Shown here: positions 1 to 12,377 of the stretch, in pieces | Layout: each line of letters starts with the position of its first letter | How positions within the stretch are numbered: the stretch's first letter is position 1 | Assembly (NCBI RefSeq): GCF_009914755.1 | Contig: NC_060929.1 | Reading direction: 5' to 3' (one strand) | DNA: 64,000 bases | Source of the DNA: the human T2T-CHM13v2.0 reference genome, Homo sapiens | Position numbers and translations under genes: made by a program | The notes under the pieces: generated by a model | Seen by the model: only the letters and a program-made list of their open reading frames with translations | Databases searched by the model: none | What the model was told of the DNA's origin: nothing

Positions 1-1009
1 TGTTGCTATGCGAATGACCCAGTGACCCCAACTCCTGACATTCTTCTCCAAGCCCAGCATCCTTTACAGCTTGTACTTATATTTACAGAGAAGAAGATGA
101 GGGTCCCAACTTGCCTAAATTTCGTCTATCTTGTGATGGAATTAAGTGTTGAATAAAAGTCCTGCTCAGTTTCACTATTCTGTGGTTAGGAAAAATAGTG
201 GGCAGTTGTGGATAAACTGGGGAGTGATTTGTCTATAGTGTTTGGGGTTATGGGCAATTGGAGAATCGGAGTGAATCTGTTAGATTATGGAATCAGAAAA
301 ACCGTATCATCAGTAATCGGCACACGGCCATGGTTAGGAAGCATTCTGTAATCACAAAGAATGACCCACATCATGACCATATGTTGAATACTGTCATTTT
401 GATTAATGTAAGCCATTTTTTTTGTTCTAAAAAGATCCGGCTATGATTCAGATTTTAAAGGCTAGCCTTTTAGAATATTAGATTTCCAACACATCATGCA
501 AAGATGCCTGTATAAAATTGAGATTCGTTTAAAATATTTATCAAATTATTCAATATTATGTCATTCCAGACATTCATAGACCAATGATTAATTTTTATCA
601 ATAGTGAATAAACTCAAACTCTCTGTCAATTTCATGCATAGACAGCATATAATTCATTAATAGTGGATAAAGTCAATTTTTCTGTCAATTTCATGTGCAG
701 ACAAATGTGCAGATTTGTTTGCTTTTAAAGTCCATTGTATTTATATTTCACTTACAGTTAGGCACATTGCTTTGGTAAATAAATTCTGTGAAACAAAAAC
801 AAATAAAAATCTTCTCTTTAGCCCCTTTAGTTTATCATTCTAAATTGTATAATATGGGAATAAGGGAATAAATAAATAAAGTATATTTAATCAAATATGT
901 CAATTTGAGTAATTTATATTAAATTTAAAAATAAAATTTATGTCACATAAATCAACCCATAAAAGAAGCATTACGGGTGTATAGTTATTACATAATATCT
1001 TAATGCTAG

Positions 1010-1150
1010 ACCTGAAAAAGTCATCTAATCAATATTTTATTTGAAGAATTTGAGACATGGAAGGTTGAGCTAATCAAGATCATAAGATTAATTGGTAAGA
1101 AAGCTGGCAGTAAAACTAATATTTGCCAACAAACTTTCTAAGTGCTCTCT
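1010..1150 (-). mobile_element. MIR fragment (highly diverged)
   Basis: gaatttgagacatggaaggttgagctaatcaagatcataagattaattggt resembles the antisense MIR core gaaactgaggcacagagaggttaagtaacttgcccaaggtcac. Confidence 0.4.
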
Positions 1151-1707
1151 AAGATTATACAATACAAGTAGAACAGAGTGCAAAATTACAGTTTCCAATG
1201 ATATGATGCATTTTTTTCCTCTGAGGTTGTAAGTGCAGACATGAAGGGAAAGCTTGAATTAAAAATTGTTCAGGCATTTTATTCAAATTGATCAAAAACT
1301 CAACTTTTGTTTAATGCAAAATTGCTACATGTTATCCTTTGTTGATAGGTAGAAATGCTTCTATTAAAAGTTCTAAGAGGGTCAAATATGTGTTCTGTAA
1401 GTATAACAGCTGCATGAGCATAAAACATAATTTACCAGATGAATTAATTATGCAAACATTCTAACAACATATGTAATTATTATGGTGCTTTTACTGCCTG
1501 CTTGCCAAGAAACATTCCTAATATGTGATGAAACCACTTTGCATTACAAGAAAAATGAGAAATAGTTTGGCACAATTGGGTATAAAATTTAATAATCATC
1601 ACAAAGGACTGATTGATGCTACTTCAGTCTTAGTATTGAAAATGGGAATTCAGTTATAGCATTAGTTTATGGTTTGAGCTTTGTGGATCTTCCACCAGTT
1701 AATACTA

Positions 1708-2070
<363 letters not shown>

Positions 2071-2269
2071 TTAAAGCTGAATCTTAAGGCAACTGAAATG
2101 TATTTAAATGTGTATAGGTCAAAGTACTCCTAACTTTATGTTACAGTATCATGAAAAGAAAAAAACACAAACTAATTTGGATAACATACACTTTCTGTGA
2201 CTCCACCAACGTTTTAAAAAGTAGAGAGAGCAAAGTCATTGTACTGCATGACATCACTGCGAGTTTTTC

Positions 2270-2743
2270 TGCACTATTCCTGTAGAGCAGTAGGGCCATT
2301 TCTCCTCCTTTGAATGTGAACCAGCTAGTAGTGACTGACTTGACTGCTAGAGTGTGGCAGAGTGACTCCATTCTTGTCCTGGACCTAGCATTTTAAGAGG
2401 ATGGGTAGTTTCTGCCTTGGAATCTTGGAGTCTTAAGAGGTCATGTAAAAAGTTTGAGTACTCTGTGGAATAGAAAATGTGGAGGCCCTGGTCAGACAAG
2501 AGAAAGGAGCCCAGCTGAGCCCAGCCTTCCAGCCATCCTGCCAAGGTCCTGGGAGCATGAGACAGCATCTTGGGCCTTTCTGACCAGAGCTGCTGCCCAA
2601 GAACCCCAGTTTACCCCTCGTGGAGCTGGACAGTCACCCAGGCAAAATCCTAACCCACAAAATTCTCAAATTTAGCAAAATGATATCATTTGAAGCCACC
2701 AATTATTGTGATAGCTTTTTACATATTAACAGATAACTAGAGA
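2270..2743 (+). mobile_element. MaLR LTR, MLT1G/H-like
   Basis: cccagctgagcccagcc motif and 3' end gaagccaccaattattgtgatagc...acagataactagaga match an MLT1 terminus. Confidence 0.65.
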
Positions 2744-3080
2744 CTGTTTCACTATCTTATGACATACACTGAATTTTCTACTTAGGGTTTTGTTCAATTA
2801 TATGTCAATAATGTATTACAAGACATACATCAAATTTAAATAAATATGCAGATTTGTAAAACTGAGGAAAAACCAAAACTCAAACACTTCCACAAGTTAA
2901 ATGATTTTTAATTCAATATTGATTCCCATTAATGTATTTGTCTAGCTGCAGAGTGCTTTTGTGGTCAAGGTGGGGGAAGGTCCTTATTCTTAGACCAAAT
3001 ACTTCTTGAAACATCACCCAAAAGTATTCTCTAAAAGCCAAGCTGACTGAACTACAAAGCACTTGCTTGAAAAATATTTT

Positions 3081-3589
3081 TTTTCTTAATCCAGTCTATC
3101 ATTGTTGGACATTTGGGTTGGTTCCAAGTCTTTGCTATTGTGAATAATACTGCAATAAACATATGTGGCACATATACACCATGGAATACTATGCAGCCAT
3201 AAAAAATGATGAGTTTATGTCCTTTGTAGGGACATGGATGAAATTGGAAATCATCATTCTCAGTAAACTATCGCAAGAACAAAAAACCAAACACCGCATA
3301 TTCTCACTCATAGGTGGGAATTGAACAATGAGATCACATGGACACATGAAGGGGAATATCACACTCTGGGGACTGTGGTGGGGTGGGGGGAGCGGGGAGG
3401 GATAGCATTGGGAGATATACCTAAGGCTAGATGACGAGTTAGTGGGTGCAGCGCACCAGCATGGCACATGTATACATATGTAACTAACCTGCACAATGTG
3501 CACATGTACCCTAAAACTTAAAGTATAATAAAAAAAAAAAGAAAAATAAAATAAAATAAAATAAAATAAAATAAAATAAAATAAAAAAA
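3081..3589 (+). mobile_element. L1PA2-type 3' end with 5' inversion (twin priming)
   Basis: 3081-3167 is antisense ORF2 end; 3163-3589 is sense 3' end with gctagatgacGAGttag and aacttaAagtataat (non-Ta, L1PA2-type); polyA/(AAAAT)n tail; 17-bp TSD gaaaaatattttttttc at 3069-3085 and 3590-3606. Confidence 0.93.
3542..3586 (+). repeat. (AAAAT)n microsatellite in L1 tail
   Basis: About 8-9 AAAAT units. Confidence 0.9.
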
Positions 3590-4280
3590 GAAAAATATTT
3601 TTTTTCCTTCTTTGTTGAAGGAAAGTATCTGGCAGAAATTCAGCTAACAATCAGTGCTCCTAGACAGCCAGGAGATAAAGTATAGCTTCCTTTTACTTAG
3701 AGACAAGAATGAATGTTGCAAAAATAAAGGTAAGTGATATGATGTGTGATATATTAGAACCAAAAATTGCCTGTCTGTCCGGATAAAAGACATCTCATTG
3801 ACTCACTTCAGAGCTTTCATCATCATTTAATAAAAAGTTTCTCCTTGGACTGGAGTTAGAAAACCTTTTCTTGGGTATGTATAACCATTGTGGAATAGTT
3901 ATTTTTGCTTTGATGATTTTTTTTTCTTGGACGTCAGCGTATATGTTACATGTGTTGCTTCATTTTAAAATACAAATTGAGGAATTGCCATGCTATCTTC
4001 CACGATGGTTAAACTGATTTACTCTTCCACCACCAGTGTATAAACATTCCGTTTTCACCACAACCTTGCCAGCACCTGTTCTTTTTTGACTTTTAATAAT
4101 GGCTATTTGGACAGGTCTAAAATGGTATCTCATTGTGGTTCTGATTTGCATTTTTCTAATGATCAGTGATGTCGAGCTTTTTTCTCATATGATTGTTAGC
4201 CGCATGTATTTCTTCTTTCGTCAAGTGTCTGTTCATGTCCTTTGCCTAGTTTTTAATAGTAGCCTGGACAAAGAAAATGT

Positions 4281-4419
4281 TTTTTATATATATATGTATA
4301 CATAAAATATATATATACACACATATATGTATATATACACATGTTATATATTGTATTAAATTATATTATATATTATATATATTATATATACATTACGTAT
4401 ATAACATATATACACACAC
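4281..4419. repeat. Imperfect (TA)n/(CA)n tract
   Basis: Alternating TA-rich low-complexity sequence. Confidence 0.9.
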
Positions 4420-4774
4420 TGTATTAGTCTGTTCTCACACTGCTAATAAAGACATATCCACAGCTGGGTAATTTATAAAGGAAAGAGGTTTAACTGACTC
4501 ACAGTTCTACATGGCTGGGGAGGCCTCACAGTCGTGGCAGAAGGTGAATGAGGAGCAAAGTCATGTCTTACATAGCGGCAGGCAAGAGAGAGCTTGTGCA
4601 GTTCCTCCCTTGTATAAAACCATCAGATCTCAGGAGACTTGTTCACTACCATGAGAACAGTATGGAGAAAACCACCCTCATGATTCAATTATCTCTACCT
4701 GCCCCCCGCTTAACATATGGGGATTATTACAATTCAAGGGGAGATTTGAGTGAGGATACAGCCAAACCATATCA
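4420..4774 (-). mobile_element. THE1B-like solo LTR
   Basis: Starts tgtattagtctgttctcac, ends gccaaaccatatca (reverse complement of THE1 consensus termini), ~355 bp. Confidence 0.9.
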
Positions 4775-5237
4775 TATACCATGGAATACTGTGCAGCCAT
4801 AAAAAAAGAATGAGATCACGTCCTTTGCAAGAACATGGATGGAACTGGAGGCCATTATCCTTAGCAAACTAATTTAGGAACATAAAAGTAAATATCACAT
4901 GTTCTCACTTATAAGTGGGAGCTAAATAATGAGATCACATGGTTACACAGAGGGGAATAATGCACACTGCTGCCTATCAGAAGGTGGAGAGTAGGAGGAG
5001 GGAGAGGATCAGGAAAAATAGCTAATGAGTACTAGGCTTAATACCTGGGTGACAAAATAATCTGACCCAGAAACCCTCATGACACAAGTTTACCTATATA
5101 ACAAACCACCACACATACCCCTGAACTTAAAATGAAACTTAAATTTAAAAAATACAAATTGGGTCACCTTCTGTATCTTTGGTCTACCTAGAATCATATT
5201 AAGATAGTGATTCTAATGGTGTCTATTGCTGAATTGC

Positions 5238-5465
5238 CTGAGTTAGTATATCAGCCACAACTCCTAGCTATGTGTCCTTGGAAAATGTAGTTAAATTTGC
5301 TCCTCTATAAAATCTCACTCTGTGTTTGCATGTGTGTGTGTGTGTGCACGTGTGTGTGTGTGAGAGAGAGAAAGAGAGAAATGGTATAATTCAATACATG
5401 TTAAACACTGAAAAATGTTTGACACAATGTCAGCAGTCAGCAAATGTCAGCTATCATCATTTATT
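5238..5465 (+). mobile_element. MIR interrupted by a (GT)n(GA)n microsatellite (5320-5380)
   Basis: ctagctatgtgtccttggaaaatgtagttaaatt...ctataaaat and 3' aaatgtcagctatcatcatt. Confidence 0.55.
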
Positions 5466-5499
5466 ATGTTCAATTTTTTTCTATTCATAAAATATCTTT

Positions 5500-6200
5500 T
5501 TAAATTAAATGCATATGATGGTATATCATCTTTTTAATGGCTGAACACTCCATCATTAATACATCCAATAAATACATATTTAAGGTTTTCTCCATTTTTA
5601 GTGTGTATTCTTTCTCACATTTAAGATAACTTTCTTAATATAAATTCTTATAATTTGAATTTTGCTGTCAAATGGCATGTGAAATTTTAAGCATGTTGAT
5701 ACATGTGGAAAATATACCGTCTAGAATATATGTATTATTTATATTTCATACAGTTTAAAGAATATACATTTTCCAAAATAGTTTCTAGAACCAGATACCA
5801 TCAGGCTTGCTATTCTTTTAATAAGAACAATTAAAAACAGATACCCTATTTTGCACTTAGAAATTTGTAGTGAGATGGATGCATGTTTATTGGAGATTTG
5901 AATTTTTTAATTTTTAAACTAACAGAGCATGCATGGCTTTTTCCTATTTTTCTACTGAGTGTTAGTACATTTTAATTGTTTTCTGAACCACTTTATTGAC
6001 GTGTGATTAACATGCAAAACACTGTACATATTCACAGTGTACATCATAATGAGTTTGGAGATAAACACACACCCATTAAATCAAAACCTTATTTATGCCA
6101 TAAGCATGATATTTACTTATTCCTTTATGTGTACATTTTAGAACTATGTATCTTCAAAATAATTTGACAAATTATTTAATTTGTGGGCATTGAGACATTC
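5500..6200 (-). mobile_element. Old L1M fragments
   Basis: Antisense L1M 3' motifs tttttaatggctgaa and ctttattgacgtgtgattaacatgcaaaacactgtacatatt. Confidence 0.45.
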
Positions 6201-6216
6201 ATATTATACCATTAAG

Positions 6217-7330
6217 ATTACCTAGGAAATATTCTTCTCAACATCAGCCTTGGCAAAGTTTTGGCTGAGTCCCCAAAACCAAATGCAACAAAAACAAAAA
6301 TAGACAAGTGGGACTTAATTAAGCTAAAGAGCTTTTGCACGGCAGAAGAAATTGTCAACAGAGCAAACAGACAACCTACAGAATGAAATAAGATATTCAC
6401 AAATTTTGCATCTGACAAAAGCCTAATATCCAGAATCTATAGAGAACTTAAATCAACAAGGAAAAAAATCAAATAACCTCTTTTAAAAAATTGGCAAGGG
6501 ACATAAACAGACAATTCTGAAATGATGACGTACAAGTGGCCAACATACATATGAAAGAATGCTTAGCATCACTACTTATCAGAGAAATGCACAGAAAAAC
6601 CACAATGAGATACAATTTCATACCAGTCAGAATGTCTATAATTAACAAGTCAAAAAACAATAATTACTGGTGAGGTTATGGAAAAAAGGAAACACGTATA
6701 CACTGTGGGAATGTAAATTAGTTCAGCCACTGTGGAAAGCAGTTTGGAAATGTCTCAAAGAACTTAAAACAGAGCTACCATTTAACCCAGCAATCCAATT
6801 ACTGGATATCTACCCAAAAGAAGATAAGTCATTCTGCCAAAAGATGTATGTACTCATATGTTCAGTGCTGTTATTCCCAAGAGCTAAGACATGGAATCAA
6901 TCCATGTGCCCATCAAGAGTAGGTTGGATAAAGAAAATGTAGTACATATACACCATGGAATACTATGCAGCCATAAAAAAGAATTAAGTCATGTCCTTTG
7001 TAGCCTCATGGATGTAGCTGAAGGCTGTAATCCTAAGCAAATTAACACGAGAACAGAAAACCAAATACTGTATGTTCTCACTTATACATGGCAGCTAACT
7101 GCTGAGCACACATAGACATAAATATAGGAACAATAGACACTGTGGACTACTAAAACATGGAGGGAGGTGGGGACACGGGTTAAAAAACTACCTGTCGGGT
7201 ACTATGCTCACTACCTGGGTGACAGGATCTTTACTCCAAACCTCACAATCATGCAATATTCCCATATAACAAATCTGCACCTGTACATCCTGTATTGAAA
7301 ATAGAAGTTGAAATAAAACAATAACAATAA
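6217..7330 (+). mobile_element. L1PB-like 3' ~1.1 kb
   Basis: ORF2 C-terminal remnant (WECKLVQPLWKAVWKCLKELKTELPFNPAIQLLDIYPKE); 3'UTR aaaaactacctgtcgggtactatgctcactacctgggtgac; A-rich tail. Confidence 0.88.
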
Positions 7331-7640
7331 TTCTTTCCATGATCATGGGATCAATAGGGAAGAACCCTCTTTCATTTCTGATATTGTTAATTTGTGTCAT
7401 CTCACTTTTTTCCATTTAACCCAACAAGAGTTTGTCAATTTTACTGATTTTTTAAAATAAGCTAGTTTTGATTTCTTCGATTTTTCTTTATTTTTAGTCT
7501 GTTTTCAATTTCGTCGACTTCTGCTCTAATGTTTTTTAATTTCTTTCTTTGTTGTGGCCTTAAACTGATCTTTTGTCTACAGTTTCCTAAGGTAGGAGCT
7601 CAGGTTATTTATCTTAGGTCTTTCTGCTTTTCTATATAAG
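7331..7640 (-). mobile_element. L1M ORF2 fragment
   Basis: Minus-strand peptides TQINNIRNERGFFPIDP and KAERPKINNLSSYLRKL resemble L1 ORF2 TQINKIRNEKGDITTDP / KEERSQINNL. Confidence 0.75.
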
Positions 7641-7740
7641 ATCCAGCAATAAATTGTTAAAAGTATTACGTTATATAAATGTTGATAAATTAATGAAGCC
7701 GAGAAGAGATAGAAAGGCAAGTATATATTTATAGAATACG

Positions 7741-10018
7741 TGTATTCATCCATTTTCACGCTGCTGATAAAGATATACCTGAGACTGGGTAATTTACAAA
7801 ATAAAGAGGTTTAATTCAATTTACAGTTCCATGTGGCTGGGGAGGCCTCACAATCATGTTGGAAGGCGAAGGCATGTTTTACCTTGCAGCAAGCAAGACA
7901 GAGAATGAGAATCAAGTGAAACAAGTTTCCCTTTATCAAACCATCAGATCTCATGAGACTTATTCACTACCACGAAAAGAGTATGGGAGAAACCACCCCT
8001 GTGATTCAATTATCTCCCACTGGGTCCCTCTCACAAAGCATGGGAATTATGGGAGTACAATTCAAGATGAGATTTGAATGGGGACAGAGCCAAACCATAT
8101 CATTCCACCCCTGGCCACTCCCAAATCTCATGTCCTCACATTTCAAAACCAATCATGCCTTCCCAAAGATCCCCTAAAGTCTTCACTCATTTCAGCATTA
8201 ATTCAAAAGTCCACACTCCAAAGTCTAATCTGAGACAAGGCAAGTCCCTTCCACCTATGAGCCTGTAAAATCAAAAGCAAGTTTGTTACTTCCTAGATAC
8301 AATGCGGGTATAGGCATTGGGTAGATACAGCCATTGCAGGTGGGGAAAATTGGCAAAAACAAAGGAGCTACTGGCCCTATGTGACTCTGAAATCCATAGT
8401 GGCAGTCAGATCTTAAAGCTCCAAAATCATCTCCTTGGACTCCATGTCTCACATCCAGGTCATGCTGATGCAAGAGGTCGGCTCCCACAGCCTTGACAGC
8501 TCCACCCTGTGGCTTTGCAGGGTATAGCCCCCCTCCTGGCTGCTTTCATAGGTTGGCACTGAGTGTCTGCGGCTTTTCCAGGAGCACAGTGGAAACTGTC
8601 AGTGGATCTACCATTCTGGGGTCTGGAGGACAGTGGCCCTCTTCTCACAGCTCCACTAGGCATTGCCCCAGCAGGGACTCCATGTCAGGGCTCCAAGCCC
8701 ACAATTCCCTTCTGCACTGCCCTAGCAGAGGTTCTGCATGAGAGCCCCGCCCCTGCAGCAAACTTCTGCCTGGACATCCAGGTGTTTCCATACATCCTCT
8801 GAAATTAGGAGGAGATTACCAAACTCTAATTCTTGACTTCTGTGCACTGGCAGGCTCAACACCACATGGAAGCTGCCAAGGCTTGAGGCTTGCACCCTCT
8901 GAAGCCACCTCCCCAGCTCTATGTTGGCCCCTTTCAGCCATGGCTGGAGAGGCTGGGACACAGGGCACCAAGTCCCTAGGCTGCACACAGTACAGGACCC
9001 CTGGGCCCACAAAACCACTTTTTCCTCCTAGGCTTCTGGGCCTGTGATGGAAGGAGCTGCGGTAAAGACCTCTGACCTGCCCTGGAGACATTTTCCCCAT
9101 TGTCTTGGGGATTAACATTTGTCTCCTCGTTACTTTTGCAAATTTCTGCACCCAGCTTGTATTTCTCCTCAGAAAATGAAATTTTCTTTTCTATTGCATC
9201 ATCAGGCTACAAATTTTCCTAATATTTATGCTGTGTTTCCCTTTTAAAACTAACACAGCACTGAAGTCACCTCTTGAATGCTTTGCTGCTTAGAAATTTC
9301 TTCTACCAGATACCCTAAATCATCTCTCTCAAGTTCATAATTCCACACACCTCTAGGGCAGGGGCAAAATGCCTCCAGTCTCTTGGCTAAAACATAACAA
9401 GATTCACCCTTGCTCCAGTTCCCAACAAGTTTCTCAACTCTATCTGAGGCCATCTCAGCCTGGATTTCATTGTCCATATCATCATCAGCATTTTGGTCAA
9501 AGCCATTCAGTAAGTCTCTAGGGAGTTCCAAACTTTCCCAAATTTTCCTGTCTTCTTCTCAGCCCTCCAAATTGTTCCAACCTCTGCCTATTACCCAGTT
9601 CCAAAGTTGCTTCCACATTTTTGGATATCTTTTCAGCAATGCCCCACTCTACTGGTACCAATTTACTGTATTAGTCTGTTTTCACACTGCTGATAAAGAC
9701 ATACCTGAGACTGGGTAATTTACAAAAGAGGTTTAATTTGACGCCCAGTTCCATGTGGCTGGGGAGGCTTCACAATCATGGCAGAATGTGAGAGGCAAGT
9801 CAGCGGGAAAGATAGAGAGTAAGAATCAAGTGAAATGAGTTTCCCCTTATCAAATAATCAGCTCTCATAAGACTTAGTCACTACCATGAGAACAGTATGG
9901 GAGAAACTGCCCCCATGATTCCATTATCTCCCACCAGGTCCCTCCCACAATGCAAAGGAATTATGGGAGTGCCATTCAAGATAAGAATTGAGTGGGGACA
10001 CGGAGCCAAACTATATCA
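7741..10018 (-). mobile_element. Full-length THE1 (THE1C/D-like) MaLR provirus: LTR 7741-8102, internal 8103-9666, LTR 9667-10018
   Basis: Two ~355-bp LTRs with TG...CA ends; internal MaLR ORF remnant ELPRDLLNGFDQNADDDMDNEIQAE...GNWSKGESCYVLAKRL. Confidence 0.95.
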
Positions 10019-10032
10019 ATGTGTTATATTAT

Positions 10033-10446
10033 AGCTATAGTTTGGTTGTTTGTCCCACAAACCATATGTTGAAATCTGATAATCCATGTTGGAGGTGGGG
10101 CCTAATGGAAAGCCTGTGAAGGGGTAGATCCCTCTTGAATGGCTTGGTGCAGTCCTTACAGTAATGAATGAGTTCCTGCTCTATTGGTTCCCATGAAAGC
10201 CGGTTGTTAAAAAGAGGCTGGCACCTCCCTCCAGCCTTATATTCACTCACGGTGTGATCTCTGCATACACTGCCTCCTGTTTGCCTTCCCCCATGAGTGA
10301 AAGCAGCCTGATGTCTTTACCCAATGCAGATAGCAGCTCTATGCTTCTCATAAAACCTGCAGACCTGTGAGCCAAATAAACATCTTTTCTTTATAAATCA
10401 CCCAGCCTCAGGTATTCCTTCGTAGCAAAACAAATGGACAAAGACA
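10033..10446 (+). mobile_element. MSTB-like solo LTR
   Basis: gctatagtttgg...gagccaaataaacatcttttctttataaatcacccagcctcaggtattcc...aagaca; flanks attat/attag. Confidence 0.85.
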
Positions 10447-10699
10447 ATTAGCATTATTCTTTATCATTACAGGTCATCTTCATTTGTTCCCATGCATTCA
10501 GGTTACCACCTACAGTTATGTCCTTATCTTAATACAGATTTACTACCATCTGCCTCCTTTGTGATCTTATTCTCATGGTTTGGACTTCTAGGTTTAAATA
10601 GAGTCAATTCCTTTGTGAAGAGCTTTGAAGCTCTCCATTCTGATCGGCTGCACCCACCTTGGAAATAAACCCTGGGAATATTCAGGAGGCAATAGTGGC

Positions 10700-11220
10700 C
10701 TCTGGTCTTCTCAGGTTTTCTTCCCCACATGTAACTTCTACTCCGTGAATGAATTGAGATGAGCACTACTGGGGCCCAGAATATTCTCAGTCTTCTGCAC
10801 GTGGGCTAGACACTCTGCCCTGTGAGGACAAGGACACCCCAACCTCTCTACTACACTAACATGGAGTTGGGATAGATGAGATATGCTGGCAGGTTTTCCT
10901 TCCTGGCGAGACAATATATTCCTTGATTAACAGCTCAAGGAAGAGGGATCCTGTTTCAGCCACTCCCATGTGGAGTAAAGCCTTCATCAGAATGAGATGG
11001 GTGGAGAAGGGAAGTGTTATGGCTCACATTCCACAGACTTGATATTTTCTTACTGAGTTTTAGTAAGTTTTGTTGAATAAATGTTTTTTCATTTGCTGGA
11101 TGTCCTTGTGACAATTTCCAGACAAATGATTGTTTTCTTGTTTATAATAATTTTCACCAATTGTGTTGCTATTCCGGGAAGTAAGTACATGAAGCTCCTC
11201 ACATTTCTTCTCTAAAAGTG
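10700..11220 (-). mobile_element. L1M (MD/ME-type) 5'-end remnant
   Basis: cttactgagttttagtaagttttgttgaataaatg...caatttccaga...gaagctcctcac resembles L1M 5' consensus. Confidence 0.45.
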
Positions 11221-11624
11221 AAAGAAACTCGACTATTAAAATATAATGTGCTTATTGATGGAGTTATTTTAATATCTATATGTTTGAAACCGTTTTCTAT
11301 CTTTTGTATTTGTTTTTATTTTTTTCTGCCTTTTTTCCCCTGCCTCTTCTGATTTTGAGTATTTTATAATTCCATTTTATCTCCTCTCTTAGTATATTAA
11401 TTCTTCATTTAAGTTTTTTCAGTTGTTGCTTTAGTTCACACTATACATTTTAAATAAGTCTACTTTTAAATAACACTATGCCAGTTCATTCATGTCAAGG
11501 TAAGGTACACAATTCCCCCTCTTATGCCTTGTGATATTACTGTGACTCATAAAACTTATCCATACGATATGTAACTTCCCAATACCTTGTTATAATTATT
11601 ATTTCAAAAATCAGTTATATTTTT

Positions 11625-11816
11625 CACACACTGGGGCATGTCAGGGGATAGGAGGAGGAGGGAGAGCATCAGGATAAATACCTAATGCATGTGGGGCTTA
11701 ATACCTAGGTGATGGACTGATAGGTGCAGCAAAACACCATGGCACACATTTACCTATGTAACAAACGTGCACGTCCTGCACATGTATCTTAGAACTTAAA
11801 ATTAAATGAAATTTTT
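11625..11816 (+). mobile_element. Short L1PA10-13-like 3' end
   Basis: ggagggagagcatcaggataaatacctaatgcatgtggggcttaatacctaggtgatgg; TSD aaaatc(a/g)gtta(t/a)attttt at 11607-11624 and 11817-11834. Confidence 0.88.
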
Positions 11817-12077
11817 AAAATCGGTTAAATTTTTGATCAATTTAAAAAATTAACACTTTATTTTTCTTTCATTTATTTCATAATCAGTGGTCTTCCTTTC
11901 CTTATGACTTTTTAATTTTTTGACCTATATAATTTTGCTTTTCCCTGAAAAACTTCTTTTAGCACATCTTGCAGGGCTGATTTGCTACTGATGCATAACT
12001 TCAGTTTATATTATATAAGATAATCTTTATTTATTCATCTCCTTTGAAGAGACATTTCTCCAGAGATATAACTCTTC

Positions 12078-12377
12078 TTTTTTTTTTTTTTTTTTTGAGA
12101 CGGAGTCTTGCTCTGTCGCCCAGGCTGGAGTGCAGTGGCGTGATCTTGGCTCACTGCAAGCTCCGCCTCCCGGGTTCACTCTATTCTCCTGCTTCAGCCT
12201 CCTAGTAGCTGGGACTACAGGCTCCCGCCACCACGCCCGGCTAATTTTTTTGTATTTTTAGTAGAGACGGGGTTTCACCGTGTTAGCCAGGATGGTCTCG
12301 ATCTCCTGACCTCATGAGCCGCCCGCCTCGGCCTCCCAAAATGCTGAGATTACAGGCGTAAGCCACCGCGCCTGGCC
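12078..12377 (-). mobile_element. AluY
   Basis: AluY diagnostics gcaagctccgcc and accgtgttagccaggatggtctcgatctcc; degenerate TSD cagagatataactctt / cagaaatagaattctt. Confidence 0.95.

Larger units (their letters stand above)
3980..5148 (+). mobile_element. Older L1PA (L1PA13-16-like) 3' end with 5' inversion, interrupted by a (TA)n tract and a THE1 LTR
   Basis: 3980-4258 antisense ORF2; 4259-5148 sense end with ggagggagaggatcaggaaaaatagctaatgagtactaggcttaatacctgggtg; TSD aaaatacaaattg at 3967-3979 and 5149-5161. Confidence 0.85.

Noticed and set aside
258-446. 62-aa ORF in unique sequence with a donor-like GTAAGC
   Set aside because: Non-ATG start, no recognisable homology, no clear acceptor
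3189-3650. L1 as an active-family L1HS-Ta insertion, or a 153-aa ORF
   Set aside because: Diagnostic bases are GAG and A, not ACA/ACG and G; the ORF is antisense 3'UTR plus tail
7832-7846. PRDM9 hotspot motif in THE1 LTRs
   Set aside because: The site reads CCTCCCCAGCCAC here (CCTCCCCAGCCAT at ~4511-4523, CTTCCCAGCCAT in THE1A); none has the T required by CCNCCNTNNCCNC
9250-9531. MaLR internal ORF similar to 62894-63166, suggesting a duplicated gene
   Set aside because: Both are the known THE1/MST internal ORF remnant in independent insertions
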